A stretch of DNA of 64,000 nucleotides, from positions 544,001 to 608,000 of the forward strand of contig OZ250165.1 of the NCBI GenBank assembly GCA_965238005.1. Reading direction: 5' to 3'. This document shows positions 30,105 to 39,158 of the stretch, in pieces. A model generated the notes under the pieces. That model was not told the DNA's origin. It made no database searches and worked only from the letters and a program-made list of their open reading frames with translations. Numbering within the stretch: the first letter of the stretch is position 1; each line of letters opens with the position of its first letter. Source of the stretch: Longimicrobiales bacterium (GTDB lineage Bacteria > Gemmatimonadota > Gemmatimonadetes > Longimicrobiales > Gaopeijiaceae). Position numbers and translations under genes: made by a program.

Positions 30105-30168
30105 TGTCCCGTTACCAAAGTGTCTCGGCCAGTCGAGGGCGCGGTGCATCCGTGAACCGGAACACTAG
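30101..30168. mobile_element. MITE family 1, short internally deleted copy (reverse orientation)
   Basis: TTAGTGTCCCGTTACC...CCGGAACACTAG; reverse complement closely matches the copy at 41678..41744. Confidence 0.75.
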
Positions 30169-30349
30169 GACCGCTCGAGATTCGGACCGCCAATCTCTAT
30201 CGGCCGCCTCAGCGAGACCCCACGAAGGGCCGCTTAACGACCCCGGAGCTCGGGCCATCTAAGCAGACAGAGGTCGGACCAAGGTCTCTCCAAGAGCCTT
30301 GCGCACGCCCGACCGAGAACGCGATGAATCCAGTTGGAGGATATGAGCA

Positions 30350-31006
30350 ATGAGGGGACTTTCAGCAGCAGTGACGGTTCTTACGCTGTTACTCGCGGTT
30401 CCCCTCCAGGGTCAAGCTGGCCCGGGGGGCCAGCGAGGCATGCGGGGCCAGGGGCCGATGATGGGCGGTTTCCAGCCGATGGGAATGGGCCCGGCAGACT
30501 GGCTCATATGGCTCAGGGAGGAGTTGAACCTGGCGGATGAGCAGGTGGAGAGCCTCAAGAGCACCGAGGAAGCGGCACACGACGGCGCCCGGCTCCAGAT
30601 GCGCGGTATGCGGGATCAGGTTCGCGACGGCGAGATCACCCAGGGACAGTTCCTGGATCTGATGACGGCACAGCGGAACGCCATGATGCAGCAGCAGAAC
30701 GCCTATCGAGAGCAGATAGACGCGATCCTGACCGACGAGCAGAAGAATCAGCTGCAGTCGCTGCGGGGAGGGGGCGCTGCGGACCGAAGGATGAGGCGCG
30801 GTCGAGGCTCCGGCCAGGGCCGCAGCTTCAGGCGGGGTCCCAGAGGTCGCGCGGATTTCGGACGACGGGGCATGGGGCCGGCTGCCGGATTCGGCGTGCG
30901 AGGCTTCGGACCCGGCTTCGACGGGCCGGGCATGAGGGGCTTTGATCGGAGCCAGATGCCCAGGCGCGGGTACGCCTGGGGCTTCGACCGCAGGATTTTC
31001 CGCTGA
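30350..31006 (+). CDS. Spy/CpxP-like periplasmic protein (LTxxQ motifs) with Gly/Arg-rich tail
   Basis: Signal peptide, ELNLADEQ and ILTDEQKNQ motifs. Confidence 0.7.
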   Translation: MRGLSAAVTVLTLLLAVPLQGQAGPGGQRGMRGQGPMMGGFQPMGMGPADWLIWLREELNLADEQVESLKSTEEAAHDGARLQMRGMRDQVRDGEITQGQFLDLMTAQRNAMMQQQNAYREQIDAILTDEQKNQLQSLRGGGAADRRMRRGRGSGQGRSFRRGPRGRADFGRRGMGPAAGFGVRGFGPGFDGPGMRGFDRSQMPRRGYAWGFDRRIFR

Positions 31007-31047
31007 CCGGAAGCCGAGCGCGGATTTGGACCCGTTGCCCGATAGGC

Positions 31048-31085
31048 AAACGAGGGGGGCCACCGCAAGGCGACCCCCCTCGTTT
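31048..31085. terminator. Bidirectional intrinsic terminator
   Basis: AAACGAGGGGGG / CCCCCCTCGTTT stem between convergent genes. Confidence 0.7.
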
Positions 31086-31106
31086 CCGTTCTGGTAAGGC
31101 TCGCCG

Positions 31107-31655
31107 CTAGAGGCCGCCGGCCGGGTTGTCGGCGTCGAGCCTGCGGATGATCTCTAGAGTGATGTCCATCGACGAGTCCACGAACACCAATCCACTCTGG
31201 ATGGAGTTGAAGATGAGGGTGTAGCCCTCTTCCTGCCCCAGGGTCTCGATGATCTGCCCAATGCGCAGCGTGATCTCTCCCGTCAGCTCGTCCTGCCGGT
31301 TGCCCAGCTCCTGCTGAACATCCTCTTGGAGGCGGTTCAACTGGAGCATCCGGTCTTCGAGCTGCCGCTGGAGCTGGGCCGCCTGCGGGCTGTTGGGATC
31401 CGCTGCGAGTCCCTGCTGGCGTAGGTTGTTGATCTCATCCTGTTGGGATTGTAGCTCGCCCACACGCTGGTCCCGGAGCTGACTGAACAGCGCGAGGGCC
31501 TGTTGACCTGCCTGCGACTCGGCCATGATACGGTCGGCGTTGAAAACACCGAATTTGGTGGCGGCTGACTCCTGGGCGGATAGCGATCCACCACCGGCCA
31601 CCAGAGCCACGGCGGTGACACCGACGGTCAGAAGTCTTTGCCCGCGGCGCAACAT
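31107..31655 (-). CDS. skp: OmpH/Skp periplasmic chaperone
   Basis: Signal peptide, KFGVFNADRIM, coiled-coil body, EEGYTLIF...MDITLEIIRRL; AAGGAG RBS. Confidence 0.85.
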   Translation of the reverse strand: MLRRGQRLLTVGVTAVALVAGGGSLSAQESAATKFGVFNADRIMAESQAGQQALALFSQLRDQRVGELQSQQDEINNLRQQGLAADPNSPQAAQLQRQLEDRMLQLNRLQEDVQQELGNRQDELTGEITLRIGQIIETLGQEEGYTLIFNSIQSGLVFVDSSMDITLEIIRRLDADNPAGGL

Positions 31656-31746
31656 GAACAACTCCTTCTTTGCGAAGATCATTTTGAAAACACTGGTCTA
31701 GAGCACGAAACAATAGCGGCGCTGGCAGCTCGGATCTATCCGTAAC

Positions 31747-31911
31747 GGCCAGGCCGACGGCAACGTGAGGCGCTTCCCGGGTATCCCCCCCCAGCTCGCC
31801 CAAGGGCCTCTCTTACACCACAGGACGGGTGAGTTGCCCCAGGATCACTCAGCCAGGGGCCTTCATCGCGCCCCCCCGAGTGGCAATCACCGTTCGGCCG
31901 GTGGCATGGCC
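31747..31911 (-). ncRNA. Candidate structured RNA (unassigned)
   Basis: Nested long-range stems that close with G-U pairs only on the minus strand. Confidence 0.3.
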
Positions 31912-31964
31912 GAGAAGGAACGGTATTCTTGAACGACACAGAGAGACGCGGCCGGCGGCCGAGA

Positions 31965-32378
31965 ATGTCAGGAGATCAACGTGTGACGACTGTCCTCTTC
32001 GTGTGTACGGAAAACTCGAACAGGAGTCAGATGGCGGAGGCGTTCGCTCGAATCCACGGCCAGGGGACCCTCCAGGCCTACTCGGCCGGCTCCCGACCCT
32101 CCGGCAAGGTGAGCCTGCGCGCCGTGCGGGCTATGCGCGAGGTGGGGTACGACCTCTCCATCCATCGATCCAAGTCGGTCTCGGAGGTCCCTTCGGGTCC
32201 CTACGACTTCGTGATCACGATGGGATGCGGCGACGACTGCCCCTACATACCCGCAGCCGAGCGGGACGACTGGGACCTAGCCGACCCTCGAGACATGTCG
32301 CCGGGCGAGTTCAACGCGGTACGGGACGAGATCGAAGCCCGGGTCGAGAAGCTGTTGGAGAGAGTGACACCACACTAG
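31965..32378 (+). CDS. arsC: Arsenate reductase, LMW-PTP fold (thioredoxin type)
   Basis: VLFVCTENSNRSQMAE, SAGS, ITMGCGDDCP, DWDLADP. Confidence 0.82.
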   Translation: MSGDQRVTTVLFVCTENSNRSQMAEAFARIHGQGTLQAYSAGSRPSGKVSLRAVRAMREVGYDLSIHRSKSVSEVPSGPYDFVITMGCGDDCPYIPAAERDDWDLADPRDMSPGEFNAVRDEIEARVEKLLERVTPH

Positions 32379-32381
32379 GCG

Positions 32382-33500
32382 CTAAGGAACGGCCCATCCC
32401 GGTGCCAGCTCACGCACGGAGGCACCGGGACCGTCGGCCGATCCGACGGCGACGATCCCTCCCGGGGGCACCTCCCGGCGAACGTAGCCGAGAGCGATTC
32501 CCCCTCCGTAGCGGGGCGAGTCCACGGCGCTCGTCACATGTCCCACCACGGCTCCCTCGTGGAAGAGCTCGGCATCGGTTCCGGGCGCGGGCCCGTCACC
32601 CAAGTACAATCCTCGAAGGGTCTTGTTCGTGTGGCCGCGGTCACGAATCCGGATGATCACCTCCTGTCCCGTGTAGCATCCCTTGGAGTGGTCCACTGCC
32701 CGGTCGACGATGCCGACCTCCGAGAGGATCTTGGATTCGTCCATGTCCTGGCCGAAGACAGGTCGCCCGGCCTCTACCCGAAGGGTGTCCCACACGCCGG
32801 CCCCCACGGGCCTGACCCCTCGGTACAGGAGTTGATTCCACAGCTCCCGAGACCGCTCCTTCGACGTGAAGAGGTCCCACGCCGGAGTGTCGACATCCGA
32901 AGTTTTGAGCATGCGCTCCCCTCCCTCCCCACTCACCAGATACTCATACTCTCCCAAGCTCTCCAGGGCGTCCGCCCCGCCATCCGAGGCGAGCAGCACC
33001 TCCCCCAGCACGGCGGCCGCCTCCGGTCCCAGCACCGAGAGAAGTGCCGCATCGTCGGATACGTCCTCGACAGCCGCGAGGCGGGGTGGGACGTAGCGTC
33101 GCAGGTTCGCCAGCAGCGGATCCAAAGCGGAAGCCGGCACATCCAACCAAAGGCTCTCCTCCTCCGGGCTCGGCCCCCACATGGCTCTTAGATCGGCGAC
33201 GACTCTTCCCTTGGGAGTTAGGACCGCCGAGTACTCCGCCATCCCCTTCACGGCACCTCCGGGCGACCCCGCCGGCGCACGGGGCATCCGGCCGGTGAGA
33301 ACGCCACTCAGGGTGTCGACGGGCGCCCGTCCCGTCACCAGGAGGCGAGATCTATGACTACGATCCCGCACGGCGACCCCGCTGACGGCCGAGGTATACT
33401 CCTCGGCCGGATCGCCATAATGTCGCGCGACCTCGACCCCTCGTACTCGGCCGAATAGGGCGCCCGCGTGCTCGTGATCCCCTCGCGAAGGCCCGCTCAT
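32382..33500 (-). CDS. Folate-binding YgfZ/GcvT-family protein
   Basis: LTPKGR, LRVEAG and the YgfZ signature KGCYTGQE. Confidence 0.85.
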   Translation of the reverse strand: MSGPSRGDHEHAGALFGRVRGVEVARHYGDPAEEYTSAVSGVAVRDRSHRSRLLVTGRAPVDTLSGVLTGRMPRAPAGSPGGAVKGMAEYSAVLTPKGRVVADLRAMWGPSPEEESLWLDVPASALDPLLANLRRYVPPRLAAVEDVSDDAALLSVLGPEAAAVLGEVLLASDGGADALESLGEYEYLVSGEGGERMLKTSDVDTPAWDLFTSKERSRELWNQLLYRGVRPVGAGVWDTLRVEAGRPVFGQDMDESKILSEVGIVDRAVDHSKGCYTGQEVIIRIRDRGHTNKTLRGLYLGDGPAPGTDAELFHEGAVVGHVTSAVDSPRYGGGIALGYVRREVPPGGIVAVGSADGPGASVRELAPGWAVP

Positions 33501-33507
33501 CGATCGC

Positions 33508-34365
33508 TCACTCCTCGAGCTCGGGCGGTCCAGCGTCGCCCTCTCGCTCGAGCCGTCGCACCAGCGACCGGATGCGCGGCGCGTCGGCGGCCTGCGGAGC
33601 GAACTCCAGGTGCCGCTGGAGCTGCTCCTTCGCCTCGCTCGAACGGCCGAGCTTGACGAGCAGCATGCCGCGGTCGCGCCGCTCGCCGGGGGAGTCCGGG
33701 CGCAACAGCAACAGGCGCTCCACCACCGCCAGAGCTCGTTCGTCGTCGCGGACGTTCACGTACAAGCCCTTGAGGTTTACCAGGAGGCGGTGGATCATGT
33801 CCCGCTTCGTGGCAGATCGAAGGAACGCGTCCTGCATCCGGACCATCCCTCCGTACACCTGGTCCAGAAGCTCCTGAGCCTCGTCCTCGAAACGGATCCG
33901 TCCGTTGTCGAAGGGATCGATGAGGAGGTTCTGCGACGCGCCCCGATATCGGATGAGGAAGTGCCCCGGGAAGTTCACGCCCTCGAGGGGTAGCTCCAGA
34001 CGCCAACCCACCTCCAGGAGGGTGATCCCGAGGGTCAGCGGAATGCCGAGCCGGCGATCCAGAACATCGTTGAGAAAAGAGTTTCGAGGATCGTGGTAGG
34101 CTTCCTTGTTGCCGCGAAAGCCCTCGCGTTCGTACAGGGTGTGAATCAGCTCCCGCAGGACCACCGGACCCGCCGTCTCGTCGTCGAGGCGGTCCTTGGC
34201 GGCTTCCGCCAGGGCATCGAGGCGCATCACGTATCGCTCGACGGGGAGCTGTGGATACTCCTCCTGGGCGATCAGGAGGACCGCTCGGCCGAGCTCGAGG
34301 TCGCGCTCCGACTTCTGGACGGCCTCGTTGAGCAGGCCACGTGCAGATCGGGCTGGGGCACGCAT
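33508..34365 (-). CDS. SirB1-family protein (transglutaminase-like + TPR)
   Basis: YHDPRNSFLNDVLDRRLGIPLTL, GVNFPGHFL, ERRDRG. Confidence 0.88.
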   Translation of the reverse strand: MRAPARSARGLLNEAVQKSERDLELGRAVLLIAQEEYPQLPVERYVMRLDALAEAAKDRLDDETAGPVVLRELIHTLYEREGFRGNKEAYHDPRNSFLNDVLDRRLGIPLTLGITLLEVGWRLELPLEGVNFPGHFLIRYRGASQNLLIDPFDNGRIRFEDEAQELLDQVYGGMVRMQDAFLRSATKRDMIHRLLVNLKGLYVNVRDDERALAVVERLLLLRPDSPGERRDRGMLLVKLGRSSEAKEQLQRHLEFAPQAADAPRIRSLVRRLEREGDAGPPELEE

Positions 34366-34484
34366 ACACGAATCTACCGTGTTTCCCCTCCAAGCGCCCT
34401 CGTTTACATTGGGCGCACCTTCGATCCGCGGATCGTCCGACGAGACCCTACATCCGGCACGGTGGATGCTAGATGGTGAGGCAG

Positions 34485-35543
34485 ATGTCTGAAGAGCCCA
34501 GGGATGAAAGGCCCAGGATCCGGCTGACCCAGCTGGCTCACGGAGCCGGTTGAGCCAGTAAGCTCGGCATGTCCGAGCTGGCGCAGGTCCTGCGTCACCT
34601 GGTCCCCATCGAGAGCGCTCAAGCGCTGGTGGACAGCTCCACCAGCGACGACGCCGCCGTGTACTCCCTCGGCGACGGTCGTGCCCTTGTGGTCACCGTG
34701 GACTTCTTCACCCCCTTGGTCGACGACCCGTACGACTTCGGGAGGATCGCCGCGGCCAACGCCCTGTCGGACATCTATGCCATGGGGGGGCGACCCCTCT
34801 TCGCGCTGAATCTGCTCGCGTTCCCCCGAGAGCTCCTGGGGGAGGGGGTCGTGGACGAGATCATCCGCGGAGGATCGGACATCGCTCGCGAAGCCGGGAT
34901 CCCCATCATGGGAGGCCACTCCGTGGACGACCCGGAGCCGAAGTACGGCATGGTGGTCGTGGGCGAGGCGCAGGAGGACGCCGTAGTGACGAACGCCGAG
35001 GCCCAGGCCGGTGAGGTCCTGGTGCTCACGAAGGCCATCGGTACCGGGATCGTCGCCACCGCCATCAAGGCCGAGGCGGCTCCACCAGCGGCGGTGAGCG
35101 CCGCCATCGCCAGCATGAGCACCCTCAATCGGGGTGCTGCCGAGGCGATGGTGCGGGCCGGCATCAGAGCCGCGACCGACGTTTCGGGCTACGGCCTCCT
35201 GGGGCACCTGGCCAACCTGCTCACCCAATCCGCTGCCGCCGCTGAAGTCGAGGGCGCCTCGGTTCCCGTCCTTCCGGGAGTCGAAGAGCTCATCGCCCAG
35301 GGGCACGTCCCGGGCGGCACACGGCGGAACCTGCAGGATCTGGGGGATAGCGTCGACTTCGGCGGTAGCGACGAGACCCGGCGCCTCACCCTGGCCGATG
35401 CCCAGACCTCGGGAGGCATGCTGATCTCGGTGCCGGAGGACCGCGTCCAGGAGCTTCTGGACGACCTGCAAGAAGAGGCCCCCGCCGCCACTGTCATCGG
35501 CCGTGTCACTGCAGGGGCTCCGGGGACCATTAAGATCCTCTGA
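34485..35543 (+). CDS. selD: Selenide, water dikinase, selenocysteine-containing (in-frame TGA at 34551-34553)
   Basis: MSEEPRDERPRIRLTQLAHGAG-U-ASKLG continues in frame into DDAAVY, TVDFFTPLVDDPYDFGRIAAANALSDIYAMGG, DAQTSGG. Confidence 0.95.
34554..34583 (+). promoter_or_regulatory. Putative bacterial SECIS hairpin
   Basis: AGCTCGG-CATGT-CCGAGCT stem-loop immediately 3' of the Sec TGA. Confidence 0.6.
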
Positions 35544-35610
35544 GCCGGCCTCGGGGCCCGCGGCCGCCGGAGCGGCGACCTTCGTAGGCCGGACGTCTGC
35601 AGCGCCCTAA

Positions 35611-35660
35611 GGCGCCCCAGCCCTCTTAGTGGCTCGCGAACTTTGGCAACGGAACACTAG
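35611..35660 (-). mobile_element. MITE family 1, single-end fragment supplying the lon stop codon
   Basis: Reverse strand CTAGTGTTCCGTTGCCAAAGTTCGCGAGCCACTAAGAGGG matches the left ends at 43430 and 47942. Confidence 0.75.
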
Positions 35661-38206
35661 GTAGTGGCCTTCGCCCTTGCGCGCCGCTTGGTCTTGCCCG
35701 GCTTCTTCGCCGGAGGAGAATCGTCGTCCGTGAAAGCGATGCCGATCACCTGGTCGAGATCCTCCACCAGGTGGATGGTAAGCTTTTCCCTCACCTCGGG
35801 CTGGAGATCCTCGAGGTCGGCCTCGTTGTCGCAGGGCAGGATGATCTCGTTGATCCCCGCACGGATGGCGCCCAGCAGCTTCTCCTTGACCCCTCCGATG
35901 GGGAGAACGCGTCCGGTCAGGGTGAGCTCACCGGTCATGGCCACGTCTCTCCGTATCTTCCGGCCCGAGAGCGCCGACACCAGGGCGCTGGCCATGGTGA
36001 TCCCGGCGGACGGCCCGTCCTTGGGAACCGCGCCGGCCGGAACATGGATATGGAGCTCACGGCCCTTCAGAGCATTCTCGGGGATTCCCAGCCGGTCGTG
36101 GTTGCTCTTGGCGTAGCTCCAGGCGGCCCGGCCCGACTCCTTCATCACGTCGCCTAGCTGGCCGGTGAGAACCAGGCCGCCCTCGCCGGCCATGACGCTG
36201 GCCTCCACGAACATGATGTCGCCCCCCATGGGGGTGTAGAACATGCCAGTGGCCACACCCATTGTGTCGGCGGTGGCCATCTGCTCGGGGTGCACGCGCG
36301 GTCGTCCAATCAGGTCGCGGATCACATCCCGGGTAACACGCAGGCTGTCCACCTCACCGGCAGCGATCTTACGAGCGACCTTGCGCCCGAGCTTGCCCAG
36401 CTCCCTCTCGAGCTGCCGCACACCCGCTTCACGCGTGTACTCCTGGATGATCACTAGAATCGACTTGTCGTCCAGGATCAGCTCGCCGTCCCTGAGGCCG
36501 TTCTCCCGCTCCTGGCGTGGGAGCAGATAACGCTTCGCGATCTCGAGCTTCTCGGCCTCGGTGTAACCGGAGAAGTCCACCTTCTCCATGCGATCATAGA
36601 GAGGAGCCGGAATCCGGTCCGAATAGTTCGCCGTGGCGATGAAGAGCACCTCGGAGAGATCGAAGGAGATCCCCAGGTAGTGATCCGTGAAGCTCGAGTT
36701 CTGGGCCGGATCCAGAACCTCGAGGAGCGCGGCGCTGGGGTCTCCCTGGAAAGACACGCCGAGCTTGTCCACCTCGTCGAGGAGGAAAACAGGGTTCTTC
36801 GACTTCGCCTGTCGCATGCCCTGGATGATCCGCCCGGGCATGGCACCGACATACGTGCGCCTATGCCCTCGGATGTCCGCCTCGTCCCTGGCGCCGCCCA
36901 GAGATATGCGCACGTACTCGCGTCCCAGCGAGCGAGCGATGGACTGGGCGATGCTGGTCTTGCCGACCCCGGGGGGGCCCACGAACAGGAGGATGGGCCC
37001 GCGGCCACCCACCGGCCCATTGTCTGCGTGGGCGGTGCCCTCCTCGGCCTCTTCTGGCTCCGCCGCACCATTGGATCCCTCGACGACCTCGACGTCCGCC
37101 TCGGCTTCGGTCTCCTCGTCTTCAGTGTCTTCAGTCTCCTCGTCTTCGGCCTCCTCGGCGGCGTCCTCTCCGATGCGCTCCAGCTGGAGCTTGCGGACAG
37201 CCAGGAACTCCAGGACGCGATCCTTCACATCCTCTAGGCCGTAGTGGTCGTCGTCGAGGATCTCCTGGGACAGTGCCAGGTCGATCTTGTCCTCCGACCG
37301 GATGTTCCAGGGAAGCTCCGTCACCCACTCCAGAAAGGTCCGGATGACCTGGTACTCCGCGGACTGGGGGCTCGTGCGCTCCAACCTCTTGAGCTCGCGC
37401 TCCACCTCGGTCTGCTGCTCCTCGCTCAGCTCGAGCGCCTCCACCCGCTCCCGGAGGTCCTCCACGTCGTCCCGCTCGTCCTCGTCACCGAGCTCGCGCT
37501 GGATCTGCTTGAGCTGCTCCCTCAGCAGCATCTCGCGCTGCCGCTCACCCAGCTCTTCCTGGACCCTCGCCTGGATCTCCTCTTGGGCGTCGAGGCGAGC
37601 GAGCTCGCGCTCCACGGCCACAAGGGCGGCCCGCATGCGTTCCTCGTCGTCCAGCGTCTCGAGGAGAGCCTGTTTATCCTCGGTGGGGAGCTCGAGATAA
37701 AACGCCACCAGGTCCGCGAAGGCGCCCGGCTCATCCACCCCTTGGATCAGCTGGTTGAGCGCCTCCGCCGGTACCCCCCGCCGGGTCCCGAGCTCTGCGG
37801 CGCGCTCCCGCAGCTCCCGGTTGAGGGCCTGGAAGGCCGGATCTTCCGTGTCGGTATTGGCCTGCCGGTCCATCTCCAGCAGGACCGCCCGTAGCATCTC
37901 CTCACCGTCGGACTGATAGGAGAGGGCCTGCGCTCGGCCCTCACCCTGCACAAGGAGCTGGACGCCGCCTCGGACTCTGTGGGTCTGGATGATCCGCACC
38001 ACCGTCCCGACGGTGTAGAGCACCTCGGGGACGGGGTCGTCCACGTTCTCTCGCTGAGCCACCGCGAAAAGTCGCCGGTCTCCGTCGAGGGCATCCTGTA
38101 CGGCTTCCACCGTACCGGGGCGTCCGGCTGATATCGGGACGGCTACTCCGGGATAGACGACCGTGTCGCGTAGCGCCAGGACCGGAAGTGTGTATCGGTC
38201 ACCCAT
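35657..38206 (-). CDS. lon: ATP-dependent Lon protease
   Basis: LON N-domain, GPPGVGKTS, DIRGHRRTYVGAMPG, PKDGPSAG, IGGVKEK. Confidence 0.97.
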   Translation of the reverse strand: MGDRYTLPVLALRDTVVYPGVAVPISAGRPGTVEAVQDALDGDRRLFAVAQRENVDDPVPEVLYTVGTVVRIIQTHRVRGGVQLLVQGEGRAQALSYQSDGEEMLRAVLLEMDRQANTDTEDPAFQALNRELRERAAELGTRRGVPAEALNQLIQGVDEPGAFADLVAFYLELPTEDKQALLETLDDEERMRAALVAVERELARLDAQEEIQARVQEELGERQREMLLREQLKQIQRELGDEDERDDVEDLRERVEALELSEEQQTEVERELKRLERTSPQSAEYQVIRTFLEWVTELPWNIRSEDKIDLALSQEILDDDHYGLEDVKDRVLEFLAVRKLQLERIGEDAAEEAEDEETEDTEDEETEAEADVEVVEGSNGAAEPEEAEEGTAHADNGPVGGRGPILLFVGPPGVGKTSIAQSIARSLGREYVRISLGGARDEADIRGHRRTYVGAMPGRIIQGMRQAKSKNPVFLLDEVDKLGVSFQGDPSAALLEVLDPAQNSSFTDHYLGISFDLSEVLFIATANYSDRIPAPLYDRMEKVDFSGYTEAEKLEIAKRYLLPRQERENGLRDGELILDDKSILVIIQEYTREAGVRQLERELGKLGRKVARKIAAGEVDSLRVTRDVIRDLIGRPRVHPEQMATADTMGVATGMFYTPMGGDIMFVEASVMAGEGGLVLTGQLGDVMKESGRAAWSYAKSNHDRLGIPENALKGRELHIHVPAGAVPKDGPSAGITMASALVSALSGRKIRRDVAMTGELTLTGRVLPIGGVKEKLLGAIRAGINEIILPCDNEADLEDLQPEVREKLTIHLVEDLDQVIGIAFTDDDSPPAKKPGKTKRRARAKATT

Positions 38207-38349
38207 GATTCCTCACTTCGAACGCCCTCGGACTCCTCGAACAAGCCCGAGGCCGTGAGATCGCACGTAAGTAAATGTCGCCCCGACCCCTCTCCGGGGC
38301 CACTTCCGGGAAGGCGCGGAGCCAAGTTACCTTCAGAATTGACCCCCCT

Positions 38350-38365
38350 TGCACGAATCCTGCCA
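38350..38365 (-). promoter_or_regulatory. Possible sigma54 (-24/-12) promoter for lon
   Basis: Reverse strand TGGCAG-GATTC-GTGCA (GG-N10-GC); TGCC/GGCA-type boxes at 38385-38430. Confidence 0.35.
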
Positions 38366-38491
38366 GTCCCTGAGCGCGAAAACATGCCGGAGTTGCAGTC
38401 CCCCTGTCATAATGTCTGCCTTTTTTGGCACGACCACAGCGCTTAGGTTTTCCGCACCCCCCTGGTCACGCTTCTCTCCCCGGGTCCGGCA

Positions 38492-39112
38492 ATGCTCGAA
38501 GGCATCACCTGGTTCAGGCAATCGTCGGTTCGGATTCGCCGGGGCGGGATCGAGCTGCACATCGATCCCTGGGGAGTATCGGAACAGAGCGTCGCGGACT
38601 ACATCCTTCTCACCCATCCCCACTACGACAACTTCTCCGAAGACGACATCGCCCGGGTCCGTGGGCCCGGCACCATCGTCATCGCTCCTGCCTCCATGCG
38701 AAAGCAGCTCGCCGACGTGGACCACCTCATTCGGCCGGGCGACATGGTCCATCTGGACAGCATCGAGATCCTGGCCGTTCCGGCGTACAACCGAGTGAAG
38801 AAGTTCCACCCCTCCGAGAACGCCTGGCTGGGATACGTATTCACCCTGGACGGCATTACGTACTATCACTCCGGTGATACGGATTTCCTCGACGCCATGA
38901 ACCAGATCCGGTGCGACGTGGCCTTCCTCCCCTGTGGGGGCCACTATACGATGGGTCCCGAAGACGCGGCCCGGGCCGCCGAGGCGTGCAAGGCGGAGCT
39001 CGTGGTTCCCGTGCACTGGGGAGGTCCCGTCGGAACCCGAGAAGACGCGGATCGCCTGAAGGAGCTCTTCGACGGAGAAGTAGCGATCCTCGAGCCGGGC
39101 ATGCCAAGCTGA
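38492..39112 (+). CDS. Metallo-beta-lactamase-fold hydrolase
   Basis: IDPW, THPHYDN, VPAYN, YHSGDTD, YTMGPEDA, VPVHW. Confidence 0.85.
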   Translation: MLEGITWFRQSSVRIRRGGIELHIDPWGVSEQSVADYILLTHPHYDNFSEDDIARVRGPGTIVIAPASMRKQLADVDHLIRPGDMVHLDSIEILAVPAYNRVKKFHPSENAWLGYVFTLDGITYYHSGDTDFLDAMNQIRCDVAFLPCGGHYTMGPEDAARAAEACKAELVVPVHWGGPVGTREDADRLKELFDGEVAILEPGMPS

Positions 39113-39158
39113 GATATCGGATTCCGCGGCCCAGCGTCATGATCATGGAGGGAACCAC

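Noticed and set aside
30770..31006. Gly/Arg/Phe-rich repeats in the Spy/CpxP-like protein tail
   Set aside because: Low-complexity tails are common in this family; no DNA-level repeat unit is evident
31780..31890. Cobalamin riboswitch (GCCACT...GGGAAG on the minus strand)
   Set aside because: The other conserved B12-element motifs are missing and the downstream gene is unrelated; kept only as an unassigned structured-RNA candidate
32382..33500. Possible missing gcvT of the glycine cleavage system
   Set aside because: Carries the YgfZ signature KGCYTGQE rather than GcvT catalytic motifs; the true gcvT is presumably elsewhere
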